A stretch of DNA of 63,917 bases, filler included, from Peribolospora baueri (GCA_029717555.1; 6 parts of 6 records of this genome joined end to end with filler, not necessarily neighbours in it), one strand, 5' to 3'. Shown: positions 25,915 through 38,709, counted from the first letter of the whole stretch. Notes: generated from the letters alone by a model not told the origin. Program-made: numbers and translations.

Positions 25915-28900
25915 ATGGCTCGCCTTCCAGACGCACACACCACGCCGCCCCTTCCCACCTCGCCTCCAACTCCCACAACCGCTCTCCATTCCCAGTCTCC
26001 TTCCCTCTCGCCATCGCTCGCCCTCGCTCACGCCGACACCGCCCTCCCTTCCGCCTCCATGTCGCTCGCACCGACCCCCTCCCAAGGCAAGCCGCCCTCG
26101 GCGGACAACTGGCTCCAAGCTGCAGTCCTCGGTCCCAGCAAGAGCACCAGCTCCAGCTCCAGCGAAAACTCGTCAGCGTCCAGCGGTTTCCGCGACCCGC
26201 GCCGCGCGTCTGCCAAGGGCTCTCCCCACGGCCGGCCCCACTCGGTCTCGCCGTCCGGCCGGTCCGGCTGCCCGGCGGGCACCAGTCGGACACGACCTCG
26301 TCCCGGCGACCCCTCTTGGGGCACGGGCTCCGGCGGCGGCGGGGAGGCGAGCATCGAGATGTACATGCGATTTGGACGGAGCACGCCTCGCGGTGGTGGG
26401 AGCGGTGCGGTGGTGAGGAGCAGGAATGGGAGCGTGCTTACCAGAGGTCTCGTGCTCAAGACAGATCAGATCGCCAGCGGTGAGCGCGCCCGTCCGCCGA
26501 CTTTGCTACGCCGTCCCCCACGACAGCGTCTTCCCCGCGTGGATTCTCACGAGCTCACCCGCGTTCCCTTTTGCTCTGCTCTCGACCGGCCTCGGCGCTC
26601 GCTGGACCCCAGTCACCACCTCCGACCTACCCCTCCAACTCCAAGGCGCGCCCAACTTCCGCAATACGGACGTGGGCCTAGAAGTGTACGGCGTGGCACA
26701 ACCCTCCGTGACGGGCGTCAAGACGATCCTCTCCGTCCTACGGTGTCAGCCTCTCGAGTCGGACGCCGCTCGGGTGAGCCCGACGCTCCATCCCCAGGCT
26801 TTGTCCCACCCTCGTCTTTCCAGATCCCGTCCCGGCGTCGCTTCTCCGCCAAAAATTGAAGAGCTCCCTCCTGTGTCCTCTTCCGGCTCCGAGGGCAAGA
26901 CCGTGGCCGAAACGGCATCGCAAGCGGACGGCTCGCCGTCGGACGGATCGCCAACATCCGCCACGCCTTCCCCTACGCCGTCCCCTCCGCCTCCGCCTCC
27001 GCCTCCTCCCCCCCATCACACGGTATGGGTGTGCACGAGGGAAGAGCCGGTGGTCTATATTTCCGGGCGGCCGTTCGTCTTGCGCGAGGCCAGCGAGCCC
27101 ACGCGGGGTCTCGAGCTCAGCGGCAGGGCGAGAAACTTGGAGCAGGTGAGCGTGTGGCGTCGGCGTTTGGAGCGATGTGAGATACGCGTCCCTGGTGGGT
27201 CTCCCATTCTGACTCTTGTTTTCTTTTTCTTTTTGGCCCGGATGCGCTTTTCGGTGGTTCGACTGGATAGATCGAAGACCGTTTGAAGGCCGATATCTTG
27301 CGCGAGGCCGAACGCTACGGTGGCCTGATCATGGTGCACGAGGAAAATGGTGATTGGGGACGGATACTGTTGGACGTGTACCTGTACATGTATCATGCCC
27401 TGCCGATCTCTACTGACTTTGCCGTCCCGGCGCTGAACGCGGGCCTTGCCATTTTCGCTCCGATCAGCTGAAGGAGACATTACTCCGACTTGGATCGCAG
27501 TCGATGAGTGCAGCGTGCAGACAGTGCGCGAGGTGTTCGAGGGCATGCGTGCTCAGCGGTGGAGGGTGGAGGTGAGCGTGGTCGTCATCGTCGTTCGTCG
27601 GCGATCCGCCGGTCCTACGTGCTCCGCTCAGCTTTCGCGTTCTCGTTTTCTTCGTGCCATCCTGCGCACAGTACCACCGCATCCCCGTCGCCTCCGACCA
27701 ACCGATCGAGGATAACTACCTCGACGCGTACGTTCAAGTCATTCGCCACGTCGACCCGACGCGCAGCAGCCTCGTCGCTAATTGCGGAGTGGGCGTCAAT
27801 AGAAGTGAGTGTCGCTAGTCCGTGTTCCTTTCCATGAACAGGGGGGCCCCCCCCCCCCCCCCCGATTCTGTCCTTTACCCTGACTCGCCCTGTCCCCTTT
27901 CTCAGCGACGTTTGCGATGGTCGCTGCGCTGCTTGTCAGGCGGAAACAGCTCCTCATGCTCGGCAGGAAAGATCCGTTCAGGATCGCTCCTGCCGCCCCT
28001 TGGGACAACAATGGTGCCGTCTCTGGACGCTCGACCGTAAGTGTTGCGCATTCAGGGACACAGCGTAAGACCGTTTCTCTGAAGGTTCAGAGGAGGGGAC
28101 GCCGATGTGCCTTTGCTTCCTCTTTCATATGCTCTGTATCACAGCCTGTTCCGGAAGCGAGTGTAGTGGTGGAGAGCCTCGCAAAGGCGAATGCCCAGCA
28201 AGCGCACAATTTGTCGTTGTTGAGATTGATCCATGTTCTCGAACGCAGTGAGTCCAGCTGTGCCCAACCGTTCCCCCGCCGCGATTCGGTCTTTTATCTT
28301 ACTCACTCGTGAGTTCCGCTTTCAGGCCTGGTGACTCAGAACAACCAGTCCGCCATCCAGCTTCTCTTGAGCCACCCCAACCTCGTAGAGGGCCTGCGTA
28401 GTGCGAACCAGGGCGAATACAGCATCGTCCTCTCTCTCACCGGTCTCCTGGACGAAGGTCTCGAATGCAAGCGCGTCGTCGACTTTGCCATCGACTCTTG
28501 CTCCGCCGTCATCAACCTCCGTGAAGCCATACTCGAATCCCGCGTGCGCTACTCGACAGCCGCTTCCGCTTCCGATGACCCCCGTGCCGGGTCGGATCCA
28601 CTGGAGCACGCCGTCAAGGCCTTGGAGAGGTACATCTTCCTCCTCGCCTTTGCCTCTTACGTCTCTGGCAGCCAGACCGCCGCGTTCGAGCATCGTTTCT
28701 CCGCCTGGCTCAAGGGCCGAGCGGAGATCTGGGGCATGATTGGACGGATCAGGAGGAAGGGACGTCAGCTCTACTTTTTCAACCCCGTCGCCGATCTCAG
28801 CTTGCTCAGCAAGGGCGGCTCGGGAGGACAGTTCAAGGTCGGCACAAACGTCGCGAAGAGCAAGTACGGCGGGTTCGAGGCCGGCGGCGGCAGCGTGCCG

Positions 28901-31900
28901 GGAGACGAGTTTGCAGATTTCGTCGTCAAGGTACGTCCGCCCGCCTGTTTCGTCCGTTCAAACCACCGCTCGCCGCGCAACCATTGCTCGGGCCGTCTAT
29001 CTTTCGCTGGTCCGAATCGTGTCCTGATCTGGCATTATCATATGCCATGGCGGCGGCCTACATGACGTTTTCCTGCCTGCAGAACCGAAGTGGCGTTATC
29101 CTTCGACCTTCCATGCTCCTCAAGGCCGACATCTGGCACGTCGAGCAGCCATACCGCTCCGACCTCGCCGTTCGGGGCACGACCAACTTTCGTCGAGTGA
29201 GACGCAAGATCGCATGTCTGACGATCCAAACGGTCCAATCATGTCAGCGCCCCTTTTTGTTTACCTCCCCCTCATTTCTCTGACGTTCTCAATTCTCTCA
29301 GATTCCCGGAAGCTCTATATATGCCCTCGGTCAACCGACGATCGAAGGCATTCAAAACGTACTCGAGACGGTCAAGAAGGAAAACCGGAACGTGGAGAAG
29401 ATCACTTGGCTCAACCTACGAGAGGAGGTATGTGCCCGTGTTGGACATTCCGTTTCGATTTTTTTTTTCTCGTCGTCGACATTTTTCTCATTCTGTTGCT
29501 GTCTGTTGCAGCCTCTCGTCTACATCAACGGCACGCCCCACTGTCTTCGACAAGCCGCGTGGTCTTTGAGAAACATCAGTGAGCGGCCATTTGTTGACAA
29601 AGTTGGACGCGCACGAAACCACGCTGATGACTTGGGCTTGGCTTTTTCTGTCCACAGAGAGCTACAGTGGCATCTCCGCGTCTCGGCTGGCTCTTCTGGA
29701 GGATCGCCTCAAGAATGACGTCCTGGCTGAGCTCCGTTCAGGTGGCAATCGCTTGCTCCTCCATAGCGAGACTGCTGACGGAAGCGTCGTTCCAGTATGG
29801 GACGAGGCCGAACCGGACAAGGTGGCGACCATTCAGGAAGCAATGAGCTGGGTCGCCAGTCAGCAGGAGGACATCGAGCTCGTCTTTCACCGCGTGCCCA
29901 TCACCGCCGAGAAGCCGCCTGACTTTAGTGACTTTTCTGACTTTCTGGCCATCGTGCTGAGGGCGAACGTTGAGAAGGCGCCCCTCATCCTCAACTGCCA
30001 GCTGGGCAGGGGTAGGAGCACTTTGAGCGCCGTCATCGTGACGCTCATTACCAATTGGCTGCGTTCACACCATCCTACGTACGATAAGGAAGCCACCGAA
30101 AAGCCACTGGCGCCACAAGGGAAGACCAAGGAGTTGGAGCGTCGGCCCGAGCCTCTCAACTACCATGTCATCAACAGTCTCTTGTGAGTCTCGTCTCTAC
30201 TCCTCGCGCGCCCCTGTTTCGGCGGCCGGCTCACTCGCCGTCCTGTACGGTGGCAGGCGTGTTATTCGAAATGGTCGGGACGTCAAGAGAGCCGTAGACG
30301 ACGCCATCGACCTTTGCGGCTCTGTGACCAATATCCGCGACTCCATCGAAGAAGCTCGACAAGGAGCCGAAGAGGCCGACAGCGAGTCGGTGCGCAAGCA
30401 GCGTGCCCAGGGCGGAATCCACAACCTTCGACGCTACTTCGAGCTTATCGTCTTCCAAGCCTACCTCAGCCAGACGCAGCCGGATACTTTGGAATCTGTG
30501 CAGACTTTTGAAGAATTCGTCAGGTCTCAACCCGGTAAGCGTGTCTCCACTTTCTCCCCGTTCGTTCCCTCTCTCGGCTTGCTCAAGGACTTGGACTTTT
30601 TTTTTTTTTCGTCGCATTCAGTCTTTGACACCATCGCAAAAGACTTGGATAACGCGGACATGCAGGCTATCGTGCCGCTGTCAAAGGTGGAACCGGGAGA
30701 CGGCGTTGCGCTCGAAGACGAGGTCAAGGAGGTGGTCAGCAACAGATCAGGCACCATCCTAAGGTGAGTCGCGCTTCGGAAGAGTCACGCTTTTCATGCC
30801 TTCACTCACGATATTATTCCTTATAACTTCGTCCCTGCAGTGCCCATACGATGCTAAAGTCCGATTTCTTCTCCGGCATCCTCAAGTTGGGTCTTCCCGA
30901 GAAGATCGAGGGTGCGCCCAATTTGCGTGCCGTCCCGCTGACGCTCTACGATGGGACAAGCACGGTTCCTCAATCTCCCGCTCCGACCCGCGTGTCCCGG
31001 GACCGCGCCGGCGGTATACCGGCGATCGATGCCGCTGGCAACTTTGTGTACGGCACCGGCATGCCGACCGTCGAGGGCCTGCGGAGGGCGCTTACGAGGA
31101 TGGGCGCCGGTCCTGATGGTCAGGTGTCCAACGTATGGACCAGCCTGCGCGAAGAACCTGTGCTCTACGTAAATGGTGAGGCCAGTCTTACGACAGTATG
31201 CATCTCTTCGTCACCTTCTGCTGACCATTCTGGTCACTCTGCTTCTCGTTCCTTTGTCTCGTTCGTCTCTCAGGCCGCCCGCACGTTCTTCGCTTCGCCG
31301 ACCGGCCTTTCGCCAACATGGAGGCGACAGGTATCAAGACGGAGGCCGTGGAGAGCATGGAGGAGGCCCTAGAGGTGGACGTCGTTCGCGAGGCCGCTTC
31401 GCGAAATGGCCGCCTCCTTCTTCACGACGAAGTGGAAGTCAAGCCGGGTCAGTACGAGGTCATCCCCATTTGGGAGACCGTCAAAGAGGAGGACATTATG
31501 ACGCCGCGTGAGGTGTATGCGCTGATGCAGAAAGAGGGCTTCCGAGTGGTGAGTGGCGGGTCGGTCAACGAGTCATCGTTCCTGTCCGACGTCGTGTACT
31601 GACAGCGACTGCGACTCGCCGGGTTCTTTTGTCGCACAACAGGACTACGCTCGGGTGGTCAGTGTCCTTCCCGACTCAAATTATGCCATGTGTGAGGATT
31701 GTGCTGACAATTTCTCACGGCTGTGGATGCTTTCAGGCCATCACGGACGAGCAAGCGCCCATTCCTGCCGTCTTCGGCCAACTGGAGAGCAGGGTCAAGA
31801 CCGCTCTCCGGTCCGGCAGCGGGTGAGTATACGAACCTTGTGTTGTGAGTTCTCGTTCGGTGTCTGAACTCGGCCGTGTCTCGTCTCGCAGGGTCACGTT

Positions 31901-32736
31901 CAATTGTCAGATGGGGTGAGCGGATATTTGCCTGGACAGGACTAGTATTTCAGGACACCGCCAAAGCTGACGAAGTCGGCTCTCGTCTCTTGCTACTAAT
32001 CACCAGGCGTGGTCGGACCACCACAGGCATGGTCGTCGCTTCACTGGTTGCAAGCATCGCCAAGAGCGACGACTTGTACTTTTCCGAGATGGCTCAATCG
32101 CGCACGTCCTTTGACGTGTATGACCCCACGACCGAATACGACTTTGCAAGCCGCGAGGACGACATTTATCTTCAAGGCGAATATAAGACCATCTTGAAGC
32201 TCGTCGGCGTGCTCTCGCACGGCAAACTCGCGAAGAAGCTGACGGACAAGGTGAGCTTGGTGTCGGCGACGTAGCTCCCCTGCTAGAGTATGAGCGCTGA
32301 CGGCGCTGGTCGCTCTGAACCAGGCCATTGACCGCATGCAAGACGTTCAGAACTTGCGAAAGGCCATTTTCGACTTCAAACTGCGTCTAGACTCGGCAGA
32401 CCCGGGGACGAAGAAGTACCGCAACTTGTACTCGGTCACGGTCAACTACTTGTGAGCGTCGTAGGGCTCAGATTCGTGCTCGTGCTCGTGTCCCTTTGTC
32501 GTTATCGCTGCTGATCGCGGTGGATTTTCCGCTACCCGCGCAGGCAACGCTATGCGTTCCTCATCGTTTTCACCAACTGGCTGCTCGAGAAGGCGCACGC
32601 GGTGGACGCCGCCTCGAGTGCCGCTCCGGACGTTGACACCGAAGTCGACATCGTCGAAGATTTCCCCACCTTTCATCAGTGGCTTCATGACAGGAGCGAG
32701 ATTACCCGCGTGATCGAAAGGAGCAAACTGGACTGA
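25915..32736 (+). CDS. Paladin-like (PTP-like phytase / inositol-phosphate phosphatase) protein with three tandem phosphatase domains
   Basis: Three copies of the R(N/S)G-x-L...LK-x-D, GAPNFR-like, (C/L)(T/L)REEP-x-x-Y(I/V)-x-G and CX5R pattern: CGVGVNR (27783), CQLGRGR (29996), CQMG|RGR (31905). Stop at 32736. Confidence 0.9.
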
Positions 32737-33030
32737 AGAGACGTTCAGCGCGATGCAAGGCTTTTTCCGTTCTTGGTATACCTCTGTCATACGGCTCAGC
32801 GAAGCATGCCACCGAGGTAGGGATGTCTCTGATCGTGTTCATCGTCATCCGCTAGACGCATGTAGGCTTCGCAACCTGAACATGACATAAGCAGCGACTT
32901 TGATCCGTCCCAGCCCCCCGTGTTTGACTAAGTTGGCTCGCCCGCTCCCCTCCGTCACCGCGTCGAGGGGAACGTTCGTGTTTCGAAGGAAACGGCCAAG
33001 GACTCTCTTGGGGACGATTAAGCGTCAACC

Positions 33031-35104
33031 ATGTCGAAACCACAGCTGTTCTTCACAGGAGCGACAGGGTGGGCATGTCGTGCCGATAGTGACGTGAACG
33101 ATGGGAAGCAGGTGCTGACACGACGTGCTCGCTGACGCCTGCCCGCCCGCCCGCCCGCTCGCCCGACGTTGGGGCGTCGTAGGTACATCGTGAGCGAAGA
33201 CGCCAACTCGACCGAGGCCGACTCTGGGCCCTCATCCGCTGACGGTATCCGTTTCGTTTGTTCGTTCGCTCGTTTGTTCGTTCGCTCGTTTGTTCGTTCG
33301 CTCGCTCGCTCGTTCGTTTGCCTCCAAGGGAGGGACGGTGCTACACTCGCTCATGGCCTCCCCTCTGGCCGACCGGTTCGACGTCGTAGCCCTGGTCCGG
33401 GATGGGGAGCGGGCGGAAAAGGTGAAGGAGATGATGGGCGTGCGGCCGATCGTCGGATCGCTCGACGACGCGGCGCTCTTGGAGAGGACTGCGATGGAGA
33501 GCGACGGTGAGCCTAGCCTGCCTGAAGCGTTCCGGTCGGGTCGCGTCGGCGTGTCTCCACGGAGTGGCTCGCTAGCTAGCGAGCTTCCTTCCCCCTGTCA
33601 CACCCACGAACGAACAGGAACGTGCGAGACTGATGCAGAAAAGACTTTCTCTGCGACCAACTGCTCGCAGTCGTGATACATACGGCCAACTCTGCCGGTG
33701 AGCTGCTTGGGATGGCGTCGGGGACGTTTTGGGTTTGTCCAATCGAGCGGCACGTACGGGTCTCACACCCTCTCTTTCCCCCCGGCCTCTCTTCTCCGTC
33801 CGACAGACCATGTCGCGTCGGCGGCGGCCATCTGCAGCGGGCTGACGCAACGTCAGCGCGAAGTGGGGGGAGGAGACGACAAGGCCAAGGCGCCGATCTA
33901 CGTGCACCTCAGCGGCGCGGCCGTGCTGTCGGACGGCGCCGAGGGCGAGCGCGTGTCGGAGGAGGTGTACGAGGACACGGATACGGAGAAGTGAGCGGGC
34001 CGTGCCGATCGAGGCGGGGAGGCGGGGAGGGGAAACGGGGCGGAGGGAAGGACGGGTAAGGAGGCTCTGCGCTCCGGAAACCGGTTCTGACGGCACGATT
34101 CGATTTTGCCTCCCCGCTTCGCCCGTGTGTGCGTCCAGGATCACGCGCCTAGAGCCTTGGCAGCCTCATCGGGAAGTGGACCTGATCGTGGAGGCGTTAG
34201 GGGCAAAGGAGGGCGGCAAGACGTTCATCGTCATGCCGCCACTCATCTGTGAGTCGCAGGCGCACATGCGCATGCTGCATCCAAGTCCCAAGGTGGTAGT
34301 AGTACTTGGTAGTAGTATTTGGGCTAGGCGAGAGCCTCGAAGCGGTTCACAAGGCCTTCATTGCCCCCTTCACGGAACACAGACGGAGTAGGCGCCGGCC
34401 TCTTCCATCGGCATTCCATCCAGATTCCCGCGCTGATCCGGGCCGCGCTCAAGGCGAACAAGGCGCCGAAGCAGGTCGGCAAGGGCCTACCTATCTGGTC
34501 TCACGTGGGTCGTCCATATCATGTCACTCACGCATGCCGTCGCCTAGTTGCGACTACTGTTGACCGTGATGGACGTTGGCCTCCCGGTCGCAGGTGCACA
34601 TCTTGGATGTCGGCCCAGCGTTTGTGCGACTGCTCGAAGCGGCGGTGTCGTCGGAGGCGAAGGCGCCCTGGGGGAGCGAGGGCTACTATTTTGTCGAGCA
34701 GGGCACCGAGCACAGCTGGGGCGAGCTGTCGACGACGGTGGGGCGGGCGTTGAAGAAGAGAGGCCTGGTGCGGGAGGAGGAGCCGGAGCCGTTCTGGAGC
34801 GAGGAGGAGATGGAGAGGTTGGTCGGGTGGCCTGCCAAGGACGTGAAGGACAATCTGGGGTCCAAGTGAGTGTGCCGCTTGAGCGGAGATACGGCGGCGA
34901 CGTCTGATGGTTTGTGCACATGCCCCCCACCCCACCTCACACGCCGACCCCCTTCGTCTCGGCCGATGTCTCGGCAGCTCACGCACGAGGGCGATCAAGC
35001 TGCGCGAACTCAAGTGGAAGCCGACGCACGGCCGGAGCAAGCTGGACCTGCTGGACAGCGTCGAGGCGGACGTCGAGGCGGTGCTCGCCGAGTCGGAGCA
35101 GTGA
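33031..35104 (+). CDS. NAD(P)-binding Rossmann-fold protein (NmrA/epimerase-like SDR)
   Basis: Spliced FFTGATG|YI|GGTVL, GSLDDAALL, VIHTANSA|DH, YVHLSG, IVMPPLI and WSH|VHILDV. Confidence 0.85.
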
Positions 35105-35238
35105 TAGGGGGGAGAAGGAAGGGGGAGGGGGTTGTTGCGTTGGTTGGTTGGTCGCGTGGGTTGGAGGGAGGATGACTTGATCCGCTGTCTCTTTTTTTTT
35201 TTTTTTTTTTTTTTTTTCCTTCTTTTTACCAGTTTTCG

Positions 35239-35338
35239 NNNNNNNNNNNNNNNNNNNNNNNNNNNNNNNNNNNNNNNNNNNNTTAATTAATTAANNNNNN
35301 NNNNNNNNNNNNNNNNNNNNNNNNNNNNNNNNNNNNNN
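35239..35338. other. Artificial contig spacer
   Basis: N44-TTAATTAATTAA-N44. Confidence 0.99.
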
Positions 35339-36118
35339 TTAGACGCTCCCGCGTGAGCCACTGTCCCGTAAGGATGAAATCAGCCATGTCGGTTCATTAT
35401 CCCGCTCGCCTTCCCGAACGTCTATCAGGTGGCTCGCGCTCGGGTTCCAACGCCTCGGCGGCCCGATTCTGGGGGAAGCAAATCAAGCGATATTTGGGAT
35501 AACAATGGTGAGTGAGTTGAAGTGGAGAGCCACGAATGGATGGGACCTCATTGGGGGGCGGTGTGAAGGACTACAGTAGTTAAGATTCGGCGTGCCCGGC
35601 TCACTGGGCCGGCGGAATCTTCTTGCCTCCTCCATCCTTCGTCCGTCGCTCTCGCTCGTGCCCCTCCACCCCCCAACACCTTGGTCTTCCGGGGTTTCAC
35701 AGGACCGGTGGTGGTCGAGTGGTTCTTCGACAGCGGTAACCCACACACAGCGGTTCTCCCAAGCTCACGCCTTCACTCAGCCTTGTAAAGATAAAGAGGA
35801 ATTGCATGTCGCGTAATGGGGGCGTTTTGAGAGGAAGCGTTGGGAAGTAGACGACAAGTGTACATGTGACCAAAGCCAGGCCCGGCCTTTGTCCATCCGC
35901 GCGCGACATGCGCCGAACCGAGCCGAACCGAATCGACAAACCGACCTCGTTCGAACGGCCCGCCCAGCGGAGGAGCCCCGTAAAGATTTGTTCCCCCCGT
36001 CCACCCGCCGCTGACCGTGACCGAGAAACAGGGACGTTCGTCTGCCCTGCTGCCTGGCCTCGACGACGCCGAACGGATGGGTGGACCGAGTGGGGGGAAC
36101 GGGACGATATTCCTACAT

Positions 36119-37013
36119 CTACTCCTCCTCCTCCTCCTCCTCCGCGTCACCACCCTCCTTGGCAGCGGCCGCGCGCGCGCGCTTCCGCTTTACCTGCGGT
36201 CGCGAGAAGCGAACGAAGACGGATCAGTTCCCCGTCCCCACACCATACCTACGACTAGGTGATTCATTTTCAAATCAGTCACAATGAGACACTCACGCGA
36301 CCGGGACGAGCACCGCCGAACGGCGAGGTGAGAGCAAAGTCGATGTGCTTCTGAGAGTCGAGGCGGACGACGAACGAGGGGACGTTCACGATCTGCTTGC
36401 CAACGCTGTAAGAACGGTGACGATGCGCGTAACAAGGGTCAGCAGCATGACCACGATGAATCAAGCTCGAACCGCGCCGTCCAGGAAAGCATAATCACCG
36501 GATGTGCCTCTGGCGGATGAGAACGCGAGCATGGTGGATGCTCCTGGCGAGGCCGCTCTTGTAAACCTGAGTCTGGAGCCTCCTCTCCAAGAAGTCCTCG
36601 ATGTTGAGGGCGAGCACGTAGTCGAGCCTGGACGAGGCGGACATTTGTGCAAAGGCAAGTTTAGTCTACCGCCCCGGCTCCGGCTCGAGTATACATCAAA
36701 CAGCCAGCCAGGCCTGCGCAAACGGGGAACCAACTCACCTCATGCGGGACTCGTCGAGCACACCAATGCGCACGAGACGGCGAATGATGGCGTTACCCTC
36801 GAAGAGACGCTTGGGGTCCTTGGGGTCGAGCTTGAGCAGCTCACGCGCGGCACGACGGATCTTGGAGAGGGTGAGGGAGATGCGCCAGATCTCGCGCTTG
36901 TTGCGGAGGCCGTACTCGCCGGCAAGCTTGAGCTCGGCGTCGAGGCGAGCGGCCTCGAAGGGGCGCCTGGGGACCTTGTAGGTCTTGGAGTGGTTCCTGG
37001 GAGCGCGAGGCAT
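36119..37013 (-). CDS. RPS9: 40S ribosomal protein S9 (uS4), 4 exons
   Basis: [41 protein letters not shown]...[11 protein letters not shown]...GRVKRK...EEEEEE-TAG. Confidence 0.98.
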
Positions 37014-37150
37014 GGCTTGAGGTGGTCGCTTGGTCGATGTGAACGGCGAGCGGAGAGCGATGCGAGGAAGGATTGGCAGGCGGAGCGGGCGCTACGGCCG
37101 TCGTCCGCCTGTCGCCGCGCACCACCGGTGCTGTATAACAGCATTACACA

Positions 37151-37161
37151 TAGGGTTAGGG
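37151..37161. promoter_or_regulatory. Telobox/Tbf1-like element TAGGGTTAGGG in the shared RPS9-RPL21 promoter
   Basis: Two TAGGG units near the middle of the 308-bp divergent intergenic region. Confidence 0.55.
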
Positions 37162-37321
37162 TCAAGGAACATCAAATTCCCACGCCCCAAGCACTCCGCT
37201 CGAAATCGAAGGTTGCGCCGCCGTAGACTTTGGAGTGGCCTTCGAGCGGGTGAACCACCGATATCCACATCAAGACCAACTCTCCCTCCTTCCTTGAGAG
37301 ACCACCGTCGTCGCCGTCGCC

Positions 37322-38325
37322 ATGCCTCACTCGTTCGGTTACCGGGCGCGCACGCGCCACATGTTTGCGCGCGACTTCCGCAAGCATGGCCCCGTCCACA
37401 TGTCCACCTACCTCAAGACCTACAGGGTTGGTGACATCGTGGACATCAAGGCGAACGCGGCGGAGCAGAAGGGGTGAGTGGCAGCTTGGGGACGCGGCGG
37501 CGGTCCGCGAGAAAGGATGGATGTAGGAAAGGGGAGAGTGGCCAGTTTGGGGCGTCGTCATTGGATTGGTGAAGCGGGGCGAGCGAATTTGGTGGCAGGG
37601 GTGATACGCTCGTGTCGAAGCCAGACGCGAGCAAGACATGCGGACAGGGAACGTCATGCTCTGGCCGCCATGAACAGCGGAGGCTCATATGTTTTTGCAT
37701 TCTTGCCCTCCGTTTTGTCCGCCTAAAGTATGCCCCACAAGGTGAGCTCCAACCATACCTGCAGCAATATCCGCACCCCGGAGCGAGAGTGCGAGACTTC
37801 GTGTTGACATCCCGTTCCTCCTCCCCTTTTCCTTCCCAGTACTACCACGGTCGCACCGGTGTCGTCTACAACGTCGCTCCTCGCGCCGTCGGCGTCATCG
37901 TCTACAAGGTTGTCGGTAACAGGTACATGGAGAAGCGCGTTAACGTCCGCATCGAGCACGTCAAGCACTCCAAGTGCCGTGAGTAGTTCTTCCCCCTCTC
38001 GGTCAATTCGGCCCATTCCCCGTTATCTCACTTCGACGCGATGCGCCCTTCTACGCTACAGGCGATGACTTCTTGACCCGGGTGAAGGAGAACGCGAGGC
38101 TGAAGAAGGAGGCCAAGGCCAAGGGCGGTGAGTGAAGGCTTCGTTCAGTTCGCTCTCTTCTCTAGCTGCTGTCTCACGTCTTGGGTATGTTTTTTTTTTT
38201 TCGCTCGTGTAGAGCGAGTCGTCCTCAAGCGCCTTCCGGCCGGTCCTCGTGAGAGCCGCACCATCAAGATCAAGAACAACATCCCGGAAACCCTCGCCCC
38301 CATCCCGTACGACACTACCATCTAA
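37322..38325 (+). CDS. RPL21: 60S ribosomal protein L21 (eL21), 5 exons including a 13-nt micro-exon
   Basis: [15 protein letters not shown]...QKG|MPHK|YYHGRTG...[11 protein letters not shown]...[11 protein letters not shown]. Confidence 0.98.
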
Positions 38326-38669
38326 GCGTCCTTCGGGCTCCTTTCCCCTCTTTTTTGGGCTCTTGCGAGAGCCAGTCCACGGCACGCGATCGCATTTGTC
38401 CGTTCGCTTCCAAAACTCCCATGTATGCAAAGCCCTTTATCCGGGGCTGTGTCACATTAGGCCATGCACACGCTTTCTGACTCGAACGTGGTTGCCGCAT
38501 CGACGCCCGTACCTCACTTGGGCGTCGATGAGGGGGGGAAGCAAAGACTACTCTGGCGATCATGTTTGATTGATTCCAAACGGGGGGAAAGGGCCATCGT
38601 TGATTACTCGGATAGACCAAGAGAGACAAAAAGGCGAGGGACTCGATAACATGCCAAACTATATAAACG

Positions 38670-38706
38670 AAAAAAAGCCCCCCGGCCGAAGCCGAGGGGC
38701 AAAAAA
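38670..38706 (-). terminator. T6 tract, cUUCGg hairpin and T7 tract downstream of the RNase P RNA (candidate Pol III terminator or 3' trailer)
   Basis: Minus strand reads TTTTTT GCCCCTCGGC TTCG GCCGGGGGGC TTTTTTT. Confidence 0.55.
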
Positions 38707-38709
38707 GAG

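Noticed and set aside
35339..36000. Hairpins downstream of RPS9 (e.g. AAGATTC/GAATCTT near 35582-35621)
   Set aside because: No snRNA, snoRNA, MRP or tRNA signature found; isolated stems are expected at this GC content.
37151..37161. TAGGGTTAGGG as a telomere or telomerase RNA template
   Set aside because: Under two repeats and inside a short divergent promoter; better explained as a transcription-factor site.
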